NCBI GenBank assembly: GCA_043802295.1
Contig: JAZDLF010000037.1
Coordinates: forward strand, 1-61,482
Direction of reading: 5' to 3'
DNA length: 61,482 nucleotides
DNA from: Candidatus Woesearchaeota archaeon
GTDB taxonomy: Archaea > Nanobdellota > Nanobdellia > SCGC-AAA011-G17 > JAPLZO01
Part shown: piece after piece, positions 8,302 to 17,904 of the stretch
Position numbering within the stretch: the stretch's first letter is position 1
Layout: each line of letters begins with the position of its first letter
Made by a program: the position numbers and the translations under genes
Notes under the pieces: model-generated
Database searches by the model: none
Seen by the model: the letters and a program-made list of their open reading frames with translations, nothing else
Told to the model about the DNA's origin: nothing

Positions 8302-9804
8302 ATGAAAGATAAACTCGATAAAATACTATTGTTCCCAATTATAATAATGGGAGTTTATTTTATATATCGTTTGATTGATCAATCTCAAATTATAACAAAT
8401 TTTCCTTTAGATTATACTAATGACATTTCTGCATATATTACTATGTTATTTTTTCTAGCTAAATATGGTTATAATGCATTAATTCCAAATTGGTACAATG
8501 GTTTTATTTTATTTAAAATAATACAACCAGGTTGGTATCTTTATACATTACCAATATATCTATTAACAAAAAATATTTTATTAGCAACTTATATTTCATT
8601 GGTATCATTATTTATTATAGGTTTAATCTTATTATTTATAATAGGAAAAAATAATAATTTTTCATTAATCAAAATTTTGGCTTTTTTTACTTTCTTTTTT
8701 GCTGTAGCAACAAATCTTGGTAATTGGATAAGATTGGGTCGTGTAACAGAATTATTTGGTTGGATTTCATTTATAGCATTAGCTATGATTGTATTATATT
8801 ATAAAGATAGACCTATAGACAAAAAATTTCTATTTTTATTTATTCCTATTCATTTTATAACAGTAATATCTCATTTTTCAGAAACAATAGTTTCACAATT
8901 TTTAGTTTTAATGTTATTTTTAATTAAACCAAAAAAAGAGAAAAATCTATTAATTTTATATACAATTATTAGCTTGATTTTATCTTCATTCTGGTGGTTT
9001 CCTTTTTTACTAAATGCATTTAAATTAAATATCTCATCAGATCTAACTTATTTTTATATTTTTAGATTATTAAATTTTAACTCTGAATGGATATTAAGAA
9101 ATATAGCAAGTTTTATTATACCATTTATTTTATGGTTCACATTTTATTATTATTGGAAGTCTCAAGACAAGCCTAAAAAAGAATTAATTTTTATTTCTCC
9201 AATTATAATCTTTAGTATTTTATTTATAACAAGGCTAATAATATTCATCCCAATTTTTAATAGAATTTACCCAGATGCTCATCTAAATTTATACCTATTT
9301 TTTGGAATATTTTATTTTTTAAAAACCCCATATAATATTTATTCTAAAAAATTAAGAAGCATAATTCTACTAATACTAATAATCTTACCTATTATTAGTA
9401 TTTCTATAAATATTATTCATACTCCACTATTCAAAATACCAGGTCAATTAGAAAATGAAACACTATCAATTTTACAAAAAGTAAATGACAAATATTTAAT
9501 TGTAGCAACACCAGAAGCAATTAAAACATCTTTTCCAAGAGCATATTATTCTTATGGTGCTATTTATTATAATCTATCAACATCATCTGGTTGGTATGAT
9601 CCAGTGAAAGAATCCTATTATATTAACATGACTGATAGTCTTCCATTATATGTTAAAGATAAAAACTGTAAAGATCTAATTAAAACTTTAAAAAAATTAA
9701 ACACAACAAAAATAATAACCTATGATGATTATTGTAATAATCTAAAATCTTGTAATCTAAAACAAAAAATAAAACAAGATAGAGTTTGTTTGTATTCTAC
9801 TTAA
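8302..9804 (+). CDS. Large polytopic membrane protein, possible GT-C-fold glycosyltransferase
   Basis: 500 aa with more than 10 predicted TM segments followed by a roughly 110-aa soluble C-terminal domain. No firm family motif recognised; the call rests on architecture and location at the edge of the glycan locus. Confidence 0.4.
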   Translation: MKDKLDKILLFPIIIMGVYFIYRLIDQSQIITNFPLDYTNDISAYITMLFFLAKYGYNALIPNWYNGFILFKIIQPGWYLYTLPIYLLTKNILLATYISLVSLFIIGLILLFIIGKNNNFSLIKILAFFTFFFAVATNLGNWIRLGRVTELFGWISFIALAMIVLYYKDRPIDKKFLFLFIPIHFITVISHFSETIVSQFLVLMLFLIKPKKEKNLLILYTIISLILSSFWWFPFLLNAFKLNISSDLTYFYIFRLLNFNSEWILRNIASFIIPFILWFTFYYYWKSQDKPKKELIFISPIIIFSILFITRLIIFIPIFNRIYPDAHLNLYLFFGIFYFLKTPYNIYSKKLRSIILLILIILPIISISINIIHTPLFKIPGQLENETLSILQKVNDKYLIVATPEAIKTSFPRAYYSYGAIYYNLSTSSGWYDPVKESYYINMTDSLPLYVKDKNCKDLIKTLKKLNTTKIITYDDYCNNLKSCNLKQKIKQDRVCLYST

Positions 9805-11223
9805 CTACATTCCAATTATAGCTTTAAAACCAGCCCAATATCTATTTATATCTTCAAAAGATCTAATATTAGTAATCTGTTTTGCTAAATATCTTGGTCT
9901 TAAATAATATTTTTTATAGGCATTATCAATAAACTTTTTATATTCTTCTTTATCTATTCCATCCGGAACATACATTATAATAGAGTGATCTAATTGACTA
10001 CAACTTTTACTAAAATCAAATTTATATCCTTTATCAATTAAAATTTTATAAAGTTCAGTTCCAGGATAAGGTGTAAATTTATTAAAATGTGCTAAGTCCA
10101 TATTCATTTTAATTGCAAAATCTAAAGTTTTTTGCATGCTTTCTAAAGTATCACCAGGAGTACCAATAATAAAATCAGCTCTAACACTTAAACCAACTTC
10201 ATGAGCCCATTTTACTGCTTGTTCATTTTGTGCAACAGTAGTTCCTTTTTTTAATAATCGTAAAATTTTATCATCACCAGATTCTAAACCATATAGAACC
10301 TGCCAACATCCAGCATCTTTCATTCTTTGTAACATTTCTTTAGTTACATGATTTGTTCTTGTTAAACAGCACCAACCAATTTTGATGCCACGTTCTTTCA
10401 TTAAATCAAATATTTCATATAATCTTTTTTTGTCTAATGTAAATGTATCATCAAAGAATTTAAGTTCTTTAGCACCATATTTATTTATTAATTCTTCAAT
10501 TTCATCAACAACATTTTTCGCACTCCTAAATCTATAACTAGTTCCAAAAATAGCTCTATCACAAAATGTACACTGATAAGGGCAACCTCTTGAAGTCATC
10601 AAAACACCTAATGGCAATTTCCTATAAGAAGCAGGTGTTGGATGATAATCTTTTAATGGAGGTAATAAATGTCTTGCAGGAAATGGTATACTGTCTAAGT
10701 CTTTAATAAATTCTCTCGGTTTTGTAAAAACAATTTTTTCTTTTTCTTTATACACAATTCCATTAACTTTTTTTAAACTAGAACTCTTTTCAAAAACCTT
10801 AATCAATTCCAAATAAGTTACTTCACCTTCACCAATAACACCAATATCAAAACAATCATCTTGAATAGCTTCTTTTGGTAAAGCAGTAACATGAGACCCA
10901 CCAATTATAACTTTAATATTTTTATCAATATCCTTAATATCTTTAGCAACTTTTATTACACTTTCGAATGTGGGTGTAGTTGTAGTTATTCCAACAATAT
11001 CAGGTTTTTCATTCCTAATATATTCTTTAATCTGAGAATGAGTCATAAAATTTCCTTCAGCAATCTTAACATAATAACCTTCTTTTTCTAAAACAGCAGC
11101 AATATAAGCAATACCCAATGGTTGTATTATATTCATAACATCTTTCATACTCTTAGTTTCACCAACTATATCTTCCATACTAAATGGAGGATTTACCAAG
11201 ATTGTTTTAATTTTTTTGTCCAT
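9805..11223 (-). CDS. B12-binding-domain radical SAM enzyme (class B)
   Basis: N-terminal Rossmann-like cobalamin-binding region (DIVGITTTTP...VIIGGSHVTALP), radical SAM cluster motif SRGCPYQCTFC, and GLESGDDKIL block. Confidence 0.8.
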   Translation of the reverse strand: MDKKIKTILVNPPFSMEDIVGETKSMKDVMNIIQPLGIAYIAAVLEKEGYYVKIAEGNFMTHSQIKEYIRNEKPDIVGITTTTPTFESVIKVAKDIKDIDKNIKVIIGGSHVTALPKEAIQDDCFDIGVIGEGEVTYLELIKVFEKSSSLKKVNGIVYKEKEKIVFTKPREFIKDLDSIPFPARHLLPPLKDYHPTPASYRKLPLGVLMTSRGCPYQCTFCDRAIFGTSYRFRSAKNVVDEIEELINKYGAKELKFFDDTFTLDKKRLYEIFDLMKERGIKIGWCCLTRTNHVTKEMLQRMKDAGCWQVLYGLESGDDKILRLLKKGTTVAQNEQAVKWAHEVGLSVRADFIIGTPGDTLESMQKTLDFAIKMNMDLAHFNKFTPYPGTELYKILIDKGYKFDFSKSCSQLDHSIIMYVPDGIDKEEYKKFIDNAYKKYYLRPRYLAKQITNIRSFEDINRYWAGFKAIIGM

Positions 11224-11224
11224 T

Positions 11225-12625
11225 TTAATAATAATCAGTTCTCAAATCTTCTTTTTTAATGCTTAAAAAATTTATTAAGCTTTTTAATCCATTAATCATA
11301 TGATCTGGATGTGAAAATAACATCTTAGTCTTTTTTGCTATATATTTTGGTCTAAAATAGAACTCTTTATAAAATTTTTTTTCCCATTCAATAAAATTAT
11401 TATTCTTATTTTTAAATTCAGATGTATAAGGAAATAAACTAAAGTTAATATTGCACTTTAATTGATTAAATAAATTAGTTCCAGGGTAAGGTATTAATTG
11501 ACTAACAACAACATAATCAAAATTAATCTCTTTTGCTAATTCTAAACTTTTATTGAAATCATTTTCATCTTCATTTGGAGCACCAACAATAAAAAAACCC
11601 ATAGTCTCTATACCAACGTCTTGAACCATTTTAACTTGATCTTTTATTTTGTAAGAATCATAACCTTTCTTATATAAATCTAAAATTTTTTGAGAACCAC
11701 TTTCAATACCAATTTGTATTCTTATACAACCTGCTTTTTTCATAATTTCTAAAGTTTCTTTGTCTAAAGTATCAACTCTGCTTAAACAAATCCATTTAAT
11801 TTTTAAATTTTTATCAATTATTTTTTGACATATATCTTTTATTCTTTGTTTATTAACATTAAATGTATCGTCTATAATCTTAAAATATTTTATACCATAT
11901 TTATTTACACATTCTTCAATCTCTTTAACAACATTATCAACAGATCTATAAACAATCATTGATCCATATGTATGTACACAATAACTACATTGATATGGAC
12001 ATCCTCTTGAAGTTTGTATAATAGTAAATGGTTTTTTCATTAAGAACTCAGAATATAATTCACTTTTAATCAAATCTCTTGATGGAAATGGTAATCTGTC
12101 TAACTCTAAAACTCTGATTGCATCTTTATTTATAAATATTCTTTTACCTTTCCTATACGCAATTCCTCTAATATCTTTTACATTTATATTATCTTTAATA
12201 GCATCATATAAATTAGAAAAAACCAATTCAGGTTCTCCTTTTATTATGTAATCTATTTTAGAATTATTAAGAACCTCTTTAGGAAATATTGTTGGTAAAT
12301 AACCAAAAACTATAATATTTAAATTAGATAATTCATTTTTTATTTTTTCAATATTGTCAATATCCTCTTGAAATACTTCAAATCCAGTTATTGTAACTAA
12401 GATGTTAGCATTAAATTCTTTAATTTTATTTATAACATCTTCAATATTTAGTTTCTCAGCAATTGCATCTATTAAAATTATATCATCTTTCTTCCATTCT
12501 TTAACAATAGCAGAAACATACATTAATTCTAGTGGTGGATATAAAAAATTAGGAGCATTATATGAACACATATATCTCCTTACAACTTGGTTTTTATTTG
12601 GTAAATTTAATACAACCGTTTTCAT
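11225..12625 (-). CDS. B12-binding-like radical SAM enzyme (divergent N-terminal domain)
   Basis: SRGCPYQCSYC (CxxxCxxC), GIESGSQKIL, and an N-terminal Rossmann-like region (ILVTITGFE...IIVFGYLPTIFP). 1 nt from the next rSAM gene. Confidence 0.7.
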   Translation of the reverse strand: MKTVVLNLPNKNQVVRRYMCSYNAPNFLYPPLELMYVSAIVKEWKKDDIILIDAIAEKLNIEDVINKIKEFNANILVTITGFEVFQEDIDNIEKIKNELSNLNIIVFGYLPTIFPKEVLNNSKIDYIIKGEPELVFSNLYDAIKDNINVKDIRGIAYRKGKRIFINKDAIRVLELDRLPFPSRDLIKSELYSEFLMKKPFTIIQTSRGCPYQCSYCVHTYGSMIVYRSVDNVVKEIEECVNKYGIKYFKIIDDTFNVNKQRIKDICQKIIDKNLKIKWICLSRVDTLDKETLEIMKKAGCIRIQIGIESGSQKILDLYKKGYDSYKIKDQVKMVQDVGIETMGFFIVGAPNEDENDFNKSLELAKEINFDYVVVSQLIPYPGTNLFNQLKCNINFSLFPYTSEFKNKNNNFIEWEKKFYKEFYFRPKYIAKKTKMLFSHPDHMINGLKSLINFLSIKKEDLRTDYY

Positions 12626-12665
12626 TTTTAATTTTCATAGTAGAATATTTATTAACATTATGTAT

Positions 12666-13361
12666 TTATTTTCTTAATCTGTACCACACTCTAAAAGTAT
12701 TCAACAAAGTTTTAGGGCCATGCTTAAAAACATTAAATGACCCACCATACCAATGACTATATTTTACTGGTATCTCTTCCATTTTATAACCAGCTTTTTT
12801 TAATTTAGCAAATAATTCAACATGTATATCAAATTTATTACTTTCTAAATTTATATTATCTAGCGCTTTTTTCTTAAAAATGACAAAACCACTACCAATA
12901 TCTTCTATGTCTAATCCAAACAAAATTTTATTTATCATATTATAAATTCTACTAGGATAAACCCTAGAAAATGGTATATCTCTATTTTTTCTTTCATATC
13001 TTGATGCTATTACAACATCATTATGATTCATTTTACTTATAAAATTATTTAGTAAACTCAAATCAAAACACAAATAAGCATCAGCATCAAAATAGATAAT
13101 ATATTCTCCTATAGAATCTTTAAATAAATTTTTTAAAGTGTAACCCAAACCTTTATTTTCTTCATTAAAAAAAACTCTTACATTTTTTTTCTTAGACAAT
13201 TTATTTAAAATATCTTTACTATTATCTTTACTACCATCATCTCTAAACAAAATCTCATATTTATCTGTAATTTTTTTTAGTTCATTATCAATATTAGAAT
13301 ATGTTCCATTCAAAATTTTACCAGAGTTATAAACCGGAATAACAGCAGATATTTTCATCAT
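12666..13361 (-). CDS. GT2-family glycosyltransferase (GT-A fold)
   Basis: ISAVIPVYNSG start, DDGSKDNS, and the DxD-type block YFDADA. 231 aa, soluble. Confidence 0.75.
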   Translation of the reverse strand: MMKISAVIPVYNSGKILNGTYSNIDNELKKITDKYEILFRDDGSKDNSKDILNKLSKKKNVRVFFNEENKGLGYTLKNLFKDSIGEYIIYFDADAYLCFDLSLLNNFISKMNHNDVVIASRYERKNRDIPFSRVYPSRIYNMINKILFGLDIEDIGSGFVIFKKKALDNINLESNKFDIHVELFAKLKKAGYKMEEIPVKYSHWYGGSFNVFKHGPKTLLNTFRVWYRLRK

Positions 13362-13771
13362 AATACCTCATGCTTATAAGTATCAGGGTCTTCTTCAAAA
13401 GGTCTTGTAGCATATGAAAAAAATATTACAGGATTAAACCCTTTTATTGCATGAGCAATATTTTTACCAATTCTAATTCGATCACCGACAGACATAATAA
13501 TTCCCTCTAGTCTTTCTTTTGTATTTATATCTTCTAGATAAACTTTAGCTTTACCCTTTAATATTATAATATATTCTTCTTTATTTTTGTGATAATGATT
13601 ACCTCTAATTTTACCTTTTATAATACTACCACCATAAATTGTACCAAAATCAATATGACTACCATTATTTTTTAGTTCATCTCTAGTCAAGCATTGAATT
13701 AGAGTACCTTTTCTATCAACAAAGACCTTTTTTTTAATTTCAAGACTTAACCTATTAATTTTATAATCCAT
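13358..13771 (-). CDS. Cupin-fold protein, sugar ketoisomerase/epimerase-like (WxcM/FdtA-like)
   Basis: The GNHYHKNKEEYIIILKGKAKVYL block resembles the RGxHxHK...E motif of cupin sugar isomerases. The track start at 13795 is TTG; the first ATG is at 13771. 4-nt overlap with the downstream GT2. Confidence 0.5.
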   Translation of the reverse strand: MDYKINRLSLEIKKKVFVDRKGTLIQCLTRDELKNNGSHIDFGTIYGGSIIKGKIRGNHYHKNKEEYIIILKGKAKVYLEDINTKERLEGIIMSVGDRIRIGKNIAHAIKGFNPVIFFSYATRPFEEDPDTYKHEVL

Positions 13772-13874
13772 AAAACACCTTATGCATCCCTTCAAATATT
13801 ACTTTATAATATTTATGGTTTTTTATACTACAAATCCAAAAGTCTTATAAACAATTTATTCAAGTTTAAAGATA

Positions 13875-15266
13875 ATGAAATCTTTAAAAAATATATTAAT
13901 ACCATTATGTTTATTTACTTTATTTTTATTAATATTTAATATATTTTCAATTAGAATAATACTTACTGATACACCACAATATATTGGTGTTGCTAAAGAA
14001 TTTGCAGGAATAAGTTTATCAAAAGTACGTGCAACATCATCTTTTGTTTATGGTTTTTTTCTAGGACAATTTTTAAAAATAGCTCCTTTTTTATTAACAA
14101 TTAAAATTGTAAATATGTTATTCTTGGTTTTTGATGCAATATTAATTTATTTTATAACAAAAAGAAAAGAATCATTTTTACTATGGATATTCTCACCAAT
14201 TGTTTGGTATATGGCCCCATATATTAGTCCAATCTTACCAGTATCATTTTTATTTCTTTTAGCTTATTATACACTAAAAAAATATGAAGGAGAAAATAAG
14301 TTCATACATTTTATACTTTCATCATTATCTTTAGGGATAGCATGTAGTTTATGGTCAGCTTCAATATATTTAACAATATTTTTTTTAGTATCATTTTTCT
14401 ATGATAAAAAGTTAATACAATTAATTTTATATTTGATACCATTAGCAATTGGGTTTTCTATAAGACTTTTGATTGATTATTATTATTTTGGATTTCCATT
14501 TTTATCACTTATAACTGGAATAGGCAGTAACGTTATTTACTTATTAGGAAAAGCCAATATTGACGTTGCATATATACCTCCTAAAACACCATTTTACATT
14601 TTGTATCTAATAACTATAATTATAATATCACCTTTTTTATATAAATTATATAAATTAAATATCCAAGAAAATAAAAAAGAATTAATTTTTTTATTTTTGA
14701 CTTCTATTTTGCTACTTAATCCATACAATTTTCAATTAAGATATTTATTAGTAATATCCCCTTTTTTAATAATACCACTAAGTAAATTGATTAATAAAAA
14801 AGAATTAATAATAAGCATAATAATATCTTTAATAATTATATTTGGAGCGACACATAATTACTTTACAGATAAAAAAGATAAACTTATGGAGCAAGACCTT
14901 AGTAATATAGCTAAAGAATATCCAAATCAAATTTTTATATCAGGTACATCAAATAAATATATATATTCATTTACTTTCTCAACTTTATATTGGGGGGAAG
15001 GTATTAAAAAATTTATTGCATTTGATGAATATTATTTATATAAAACAAATCAATCTACATTCTCAGATTACAGATTTGAAGTAAAACCTAAAATAGATAT
15101 ATTAAAAAAATTGAAGTTAATAATATCATATGAAAAAACAGATGATATAAATTTTGATCAAATAAAATATTTAATAACCGAAAGAGATGATAAGAAACCA
15201 CCAGCACCTAAAGAGTTCAAGTTAATCAAAAAATATAATATCTTAGATCTTTATAAAAAAGAATAA
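13875..15266 (+). CDS. Polytopic membrane protein, candidate GT-C glycosyltransferase
   Basis: 463 aa with about 10 TM segments plus a C-terminal soluble domain. First loop has TDTPQYIGVAKEF (acidic-x-x-x-Tyr, as in PMT/ArnT-type first loops). Call is by architecture and context. Confidence 0.45.
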   Translation: MKSLKNILIPLCLFTLFLLIFNIFSIRIILTDTPQYIGVAKEFAGISLSKVRATSSFVYGFFLGQFLKIAPFLLTIKIVNMLFLVFDAILIYFITKRKESFLLWIFSPIVWYMAPYISPILPVSFLFLLAYYTLKKYEGENKFIHFILSSLSLGIACSLWSASIYLTIFFLVSFFYDKKLIQLILYLIPLAIGFSIRLLIDYYYFGFPFLSLITGIGSNVIYLLGKANIDVAYIPPKTPFYILYLITIIIISPFLYKLYKLNIQENKKELIFLFLTSILLLNPYNFQLRYLLVISPFLIIPLSKLINKKELIISIIISLIIIFGATHNYFTDKKDKLMEQDLSNIAKEYPNQIFISGTSNKYIYSFTFSTLYWGEGIKKFIAFDEYYLYKTNQSTFSDYRFEVKPKIDILKKLKLIISYEKTDDINFDQIKYLITERDDKKPPAPKEFKLIKKYNILDLYKKE

Positions 15267-15308
15267 TAATTCAAAAGATTTTTATATAGAACATTGGGCT
15301 ACTCAAAA

Positions 15309-16244
15309 ATGAAATTAAGCATTGTATTACCAATTTATAATGAAGAACTTAATATAAAACCTCTTTATAATAGCCTTAAATCTGTTTTAAATTCTATGAA
15401 GTGTAAATATGAAATAATATATGTAGATGATGGATCTACTGATAATAGTTTAAAAAATATTAAGGAATTAAGAAGAAAAGACAAAAATGTAAAAATAATA
15501 AAATTTAGAAGAAATTTTGGTCAAGCAACAGCATTAAATGTAGGTTTAAAACACGCAATAGGAGATTATATGATAATTCTAGATGCAGATTTACAAAATG
15601 ATCCTAAAGATATTCCAAGACTAATTGAAAAAATAAAAGAAGGTTATGACTTAGTTGTAGGATGGAGATATGATAGAAAAGATTCATTTTTTAAAAGATT
15701 ATTTTCATCATTTGCAGGATTATTAAAAAGATTAATTCTAAAAGAAAAGATACACGATTCAGGTTGTACATTGAAAGCTTTAACAAAAAATGCAGCAAAA
15801 GAACTAAATATATATCATGAAATGCATCGCTATATAGCTGCTTTATTAAGTTTAAAAGGATATAAAATTACAGAAATTAAAGTGAGACACTTACCAAGAG
15901 TTCATGGAAAAACAAAATATAATAGCAAAAGACTAATTAAAGGTTTTTTAGATTTATTAATAATAAAATTCTGGATGGATTATTCAACAAGACCAATACA
16001 TTTTTTTGGAGGATTAGGAATACTGTCTTCTTTAATTGGTTTTATTTTAGGCACTTATTTAATAATAGATAAATTTATTTTTAATCAGCCTATAGGAAAT
16101 AGACCTCTATTATTATTTTCAGCTTTATTGATAATACTAGGTTTTTTATTAATAATATTTGGATTTTTAGCAGATATAATGGTAAAAATTTATTATAATC
16201 AAAAAAATGAAGAACCATATAGCATAGAATATAAACAATTTTAA
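15309..16244 (+). CDS. Polyprenyl-phosphate glycosyltransferase (GtrB/ArnC/DPM-synthase-like GT2 with C-terminal TM pair)
   Basis: LSIVLPIYNEE, VDDGSTDNS, ILDADLQNDP, plus two C-terminal TM helices, the architecture of lipid-phosphate sugar synthases. The track start at 15294 is TTG; ATG is at 15309. Confidence 0.8.
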   Translation: MKLSIVLPIYNEELNIKPLYNSLKSVLNSMKCKYEIIYVDDGSTDNSLKNIKELRRKDKNVKIIKFRRNFGQATALNVGLKHAIGDYMIILDADLQNDPKDIPRLIEKIKEGYDLVVGWRYDRKDSFFKRLFSSFAGLLKRLILKEKIHDSGCTLKALTKNAAKELNIYHEMHRYIAALLSLKGYKITEIKVRHLPRVHGKTKYNSKRLIKGFLDLLIIKFWMDYSTRPIHFFGGLGILSSLIGFILGTYLIIDKFIFNQPIGNRPLLLFSALLIILGFLLIIFGFLADIMVKIYYNQKNEEPYSIEYKQF

Positions 16245-16245
16245 T

Positions 16246-17013
16246 ATGGACAAATCTAAATTAAATGAAATAAAATTACATGATACATTATCAGATAAAT
16301 ATAAAAATATTAGATTTAAGAATAAAAATGGATCATATTATAATAAGATCTGGTCAGAAAAAATTTTAAATAAAATCTCTAAAAATTTTAAAAATATCCT
16401 AGATTATGGTTGTGGAGTTTGTTCATTTTATAAATACATAAATTCAAAATATGTTGATATAAGTTATATTGGAACAGATATATCATTTTCCATGATAAAT
16501 ATTGGAAAAAAAGAATTTAAAAATATTAATTTAGTCGTAGCTGATGGAGAAATACTACCTTTTAAGAATAATTCTTTTGATTTGGTTATAGGCCGTGGAA
16601 TTTTACACCATTTACCAAATCCTGAAAAAGGCATTAAAGAAATATCACGAATATTAAAAAATAATCAACAGATAATCTTCTCAGAGCCTAATAACAATAT
16701 ATTATTGAGTATACCAAGATTTATTGCTAAAAAAATAACAAAACATTTTACAGAAACTCATATTAGCTTCAAAAGAAAAGAACTAATTAAAATGCTCAAA
16801 AATAATGACTTTGAGATTAAATCCATTGAAAATTTTGGTTATTTCGCATTTCCATTTGGTTTACCAGACATAATATCAATTTTAAGATTAATGCCTTTAT
16901 CATTCTTTAAAATATTGATAAAAATAGATAATATTCTATCTAAAATTCCATATATCAAAACATTAAGTTGGCATATTATAATTTTAGCTGAAAAGGATAC
17001 AAAAACTATATAA
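16246..17013 (+). CDS. Class I SAM-dependent methyltransferase
   Basis: Motif I ILDYGCGVCSF and post-I/II blocks VVADGEILPF, GRGILHHLPNPEKGIKEISRILK. Confidence 0.8.
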   Translation: MDKSKLNEIKLHDTLSDKYKNIRFKNKNGSYYNKIWSEKILNKISKNFKNILDYGCGVCSFYKYINSKYVDISYIGTDISFSMINIGKKEFKNINLVVADGEILPFKNNSFDLVIGRGILHHLPNPEKGIKEISRILKNNQQIIFSEPNNNILLSIPRFIAKKITKHFTETHISFKRKELIKMLKNNDFEIKSIENFGYFAFPFGLPDIISILRLMPLSFFKILIKIDNILSKIPYIKTLSWHIIILAEKDTKTI

Positions 17014-17037
17014 ACTCTTTTTTATTGGATTTGATTA

Positions 17038-17901
17038 ATGGTACTTGAATCAATAGTAACACCAATAAAAGCTGAAAAAAAACCATGGGACATGTTCTTT
17101 ATAGGTCTATTATATTCTTCAGTAGCCATGTTTTTAGCTTTGTGGATATTTAGAGATCAAGCTAGTTTAGTTATGGTCTTTTTAACAGTAACAGCTACAG
17201 TTCCATTAATGTATAATACTTTAAAATTTGAAGAAGAAAAAGATTTATCCATAGAAAAAGAAAGAACTTTACTTAAAGAGCATAGTAAAGCATTATCTTT
17301 TTTTATGTTTTTATTTTTGGGTTTTTTATTAGCATTTGCTATTTGGTATGTTTTTTTACCAGAAAAAGTAATAGAACAAACATTTAATATCCAGTTACAA
17401 ACCATAAAATCAATAAACTCAAAAATATTAGGACATTCTATAACATCATCTTCATTAGCATCTGATGTTTTATTACAAATATTTTCAAATAATGTTAAAG
17501 TATTACTCTTTTGTATATTTTTTTCATTTTTTTATGGAGCTGGCGCTATATTCATTTTAACTTGGAATGCATCTGTAATAAGTGCGGCTATTGGAACTTT
17601 TATAAGAAATAACATTAGTATGTATGCTGATTCTATTGGTTTAACAAAAATAGCTGGTTATTTTGGTGTTTTTTCACTAGGTTTATTAAGATATTCTATC
17701 CATGGTATTCCAGAAATATTAGCTTACTTTATAGGGGGGTTAGCAGGTGGAATTATTTCAGTTGCTGTAATAAGACATGATTTTGGAAGTGGTCACTTTA
17801 AAAAAATATTATTTGATTCGTTAGACTTAATTATTTTAGGAATATTTGTCTTATTTATTGCAGCATTGCTTGAAGTATTTGTAACACCTTTATTTTTCTA
17901 A
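17038..17901 (+). CDS. SpoIIM-like (DUF95) integral membrane protein
   Basis: Multi-TM protein with the family-typical IHGIPEILAYFIGGLAGG block. Ends 3 nt before aglB. Confidence 0.6.
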   Translation: MVLESIVTPIKAEKKPWDMFFIGLLYSSVAMFLALWIFRDQASLVMVFLTVTATVPLMYNTLKFEEEKDLSIEKERTLLKEHSKALSFFMFLFLGFLLAFAIWYVFLPEKVIEQTFNIQLQTIKSINSKILGHSITSSSLASDVLLQIFSNNVKVLLFCIFFSFFYGAGAIFILTWNASVISAAIGTFIRNNISMYADSIGLTKIAGYFGVFSLGLLRYSIHGIPEILAYFIGGLAGGIISVAVIRHDFGSGHFKKILFDSLDLIILGIFVLFIAALLEVFVTPLFF

Positions 17902-17904
17902 AAC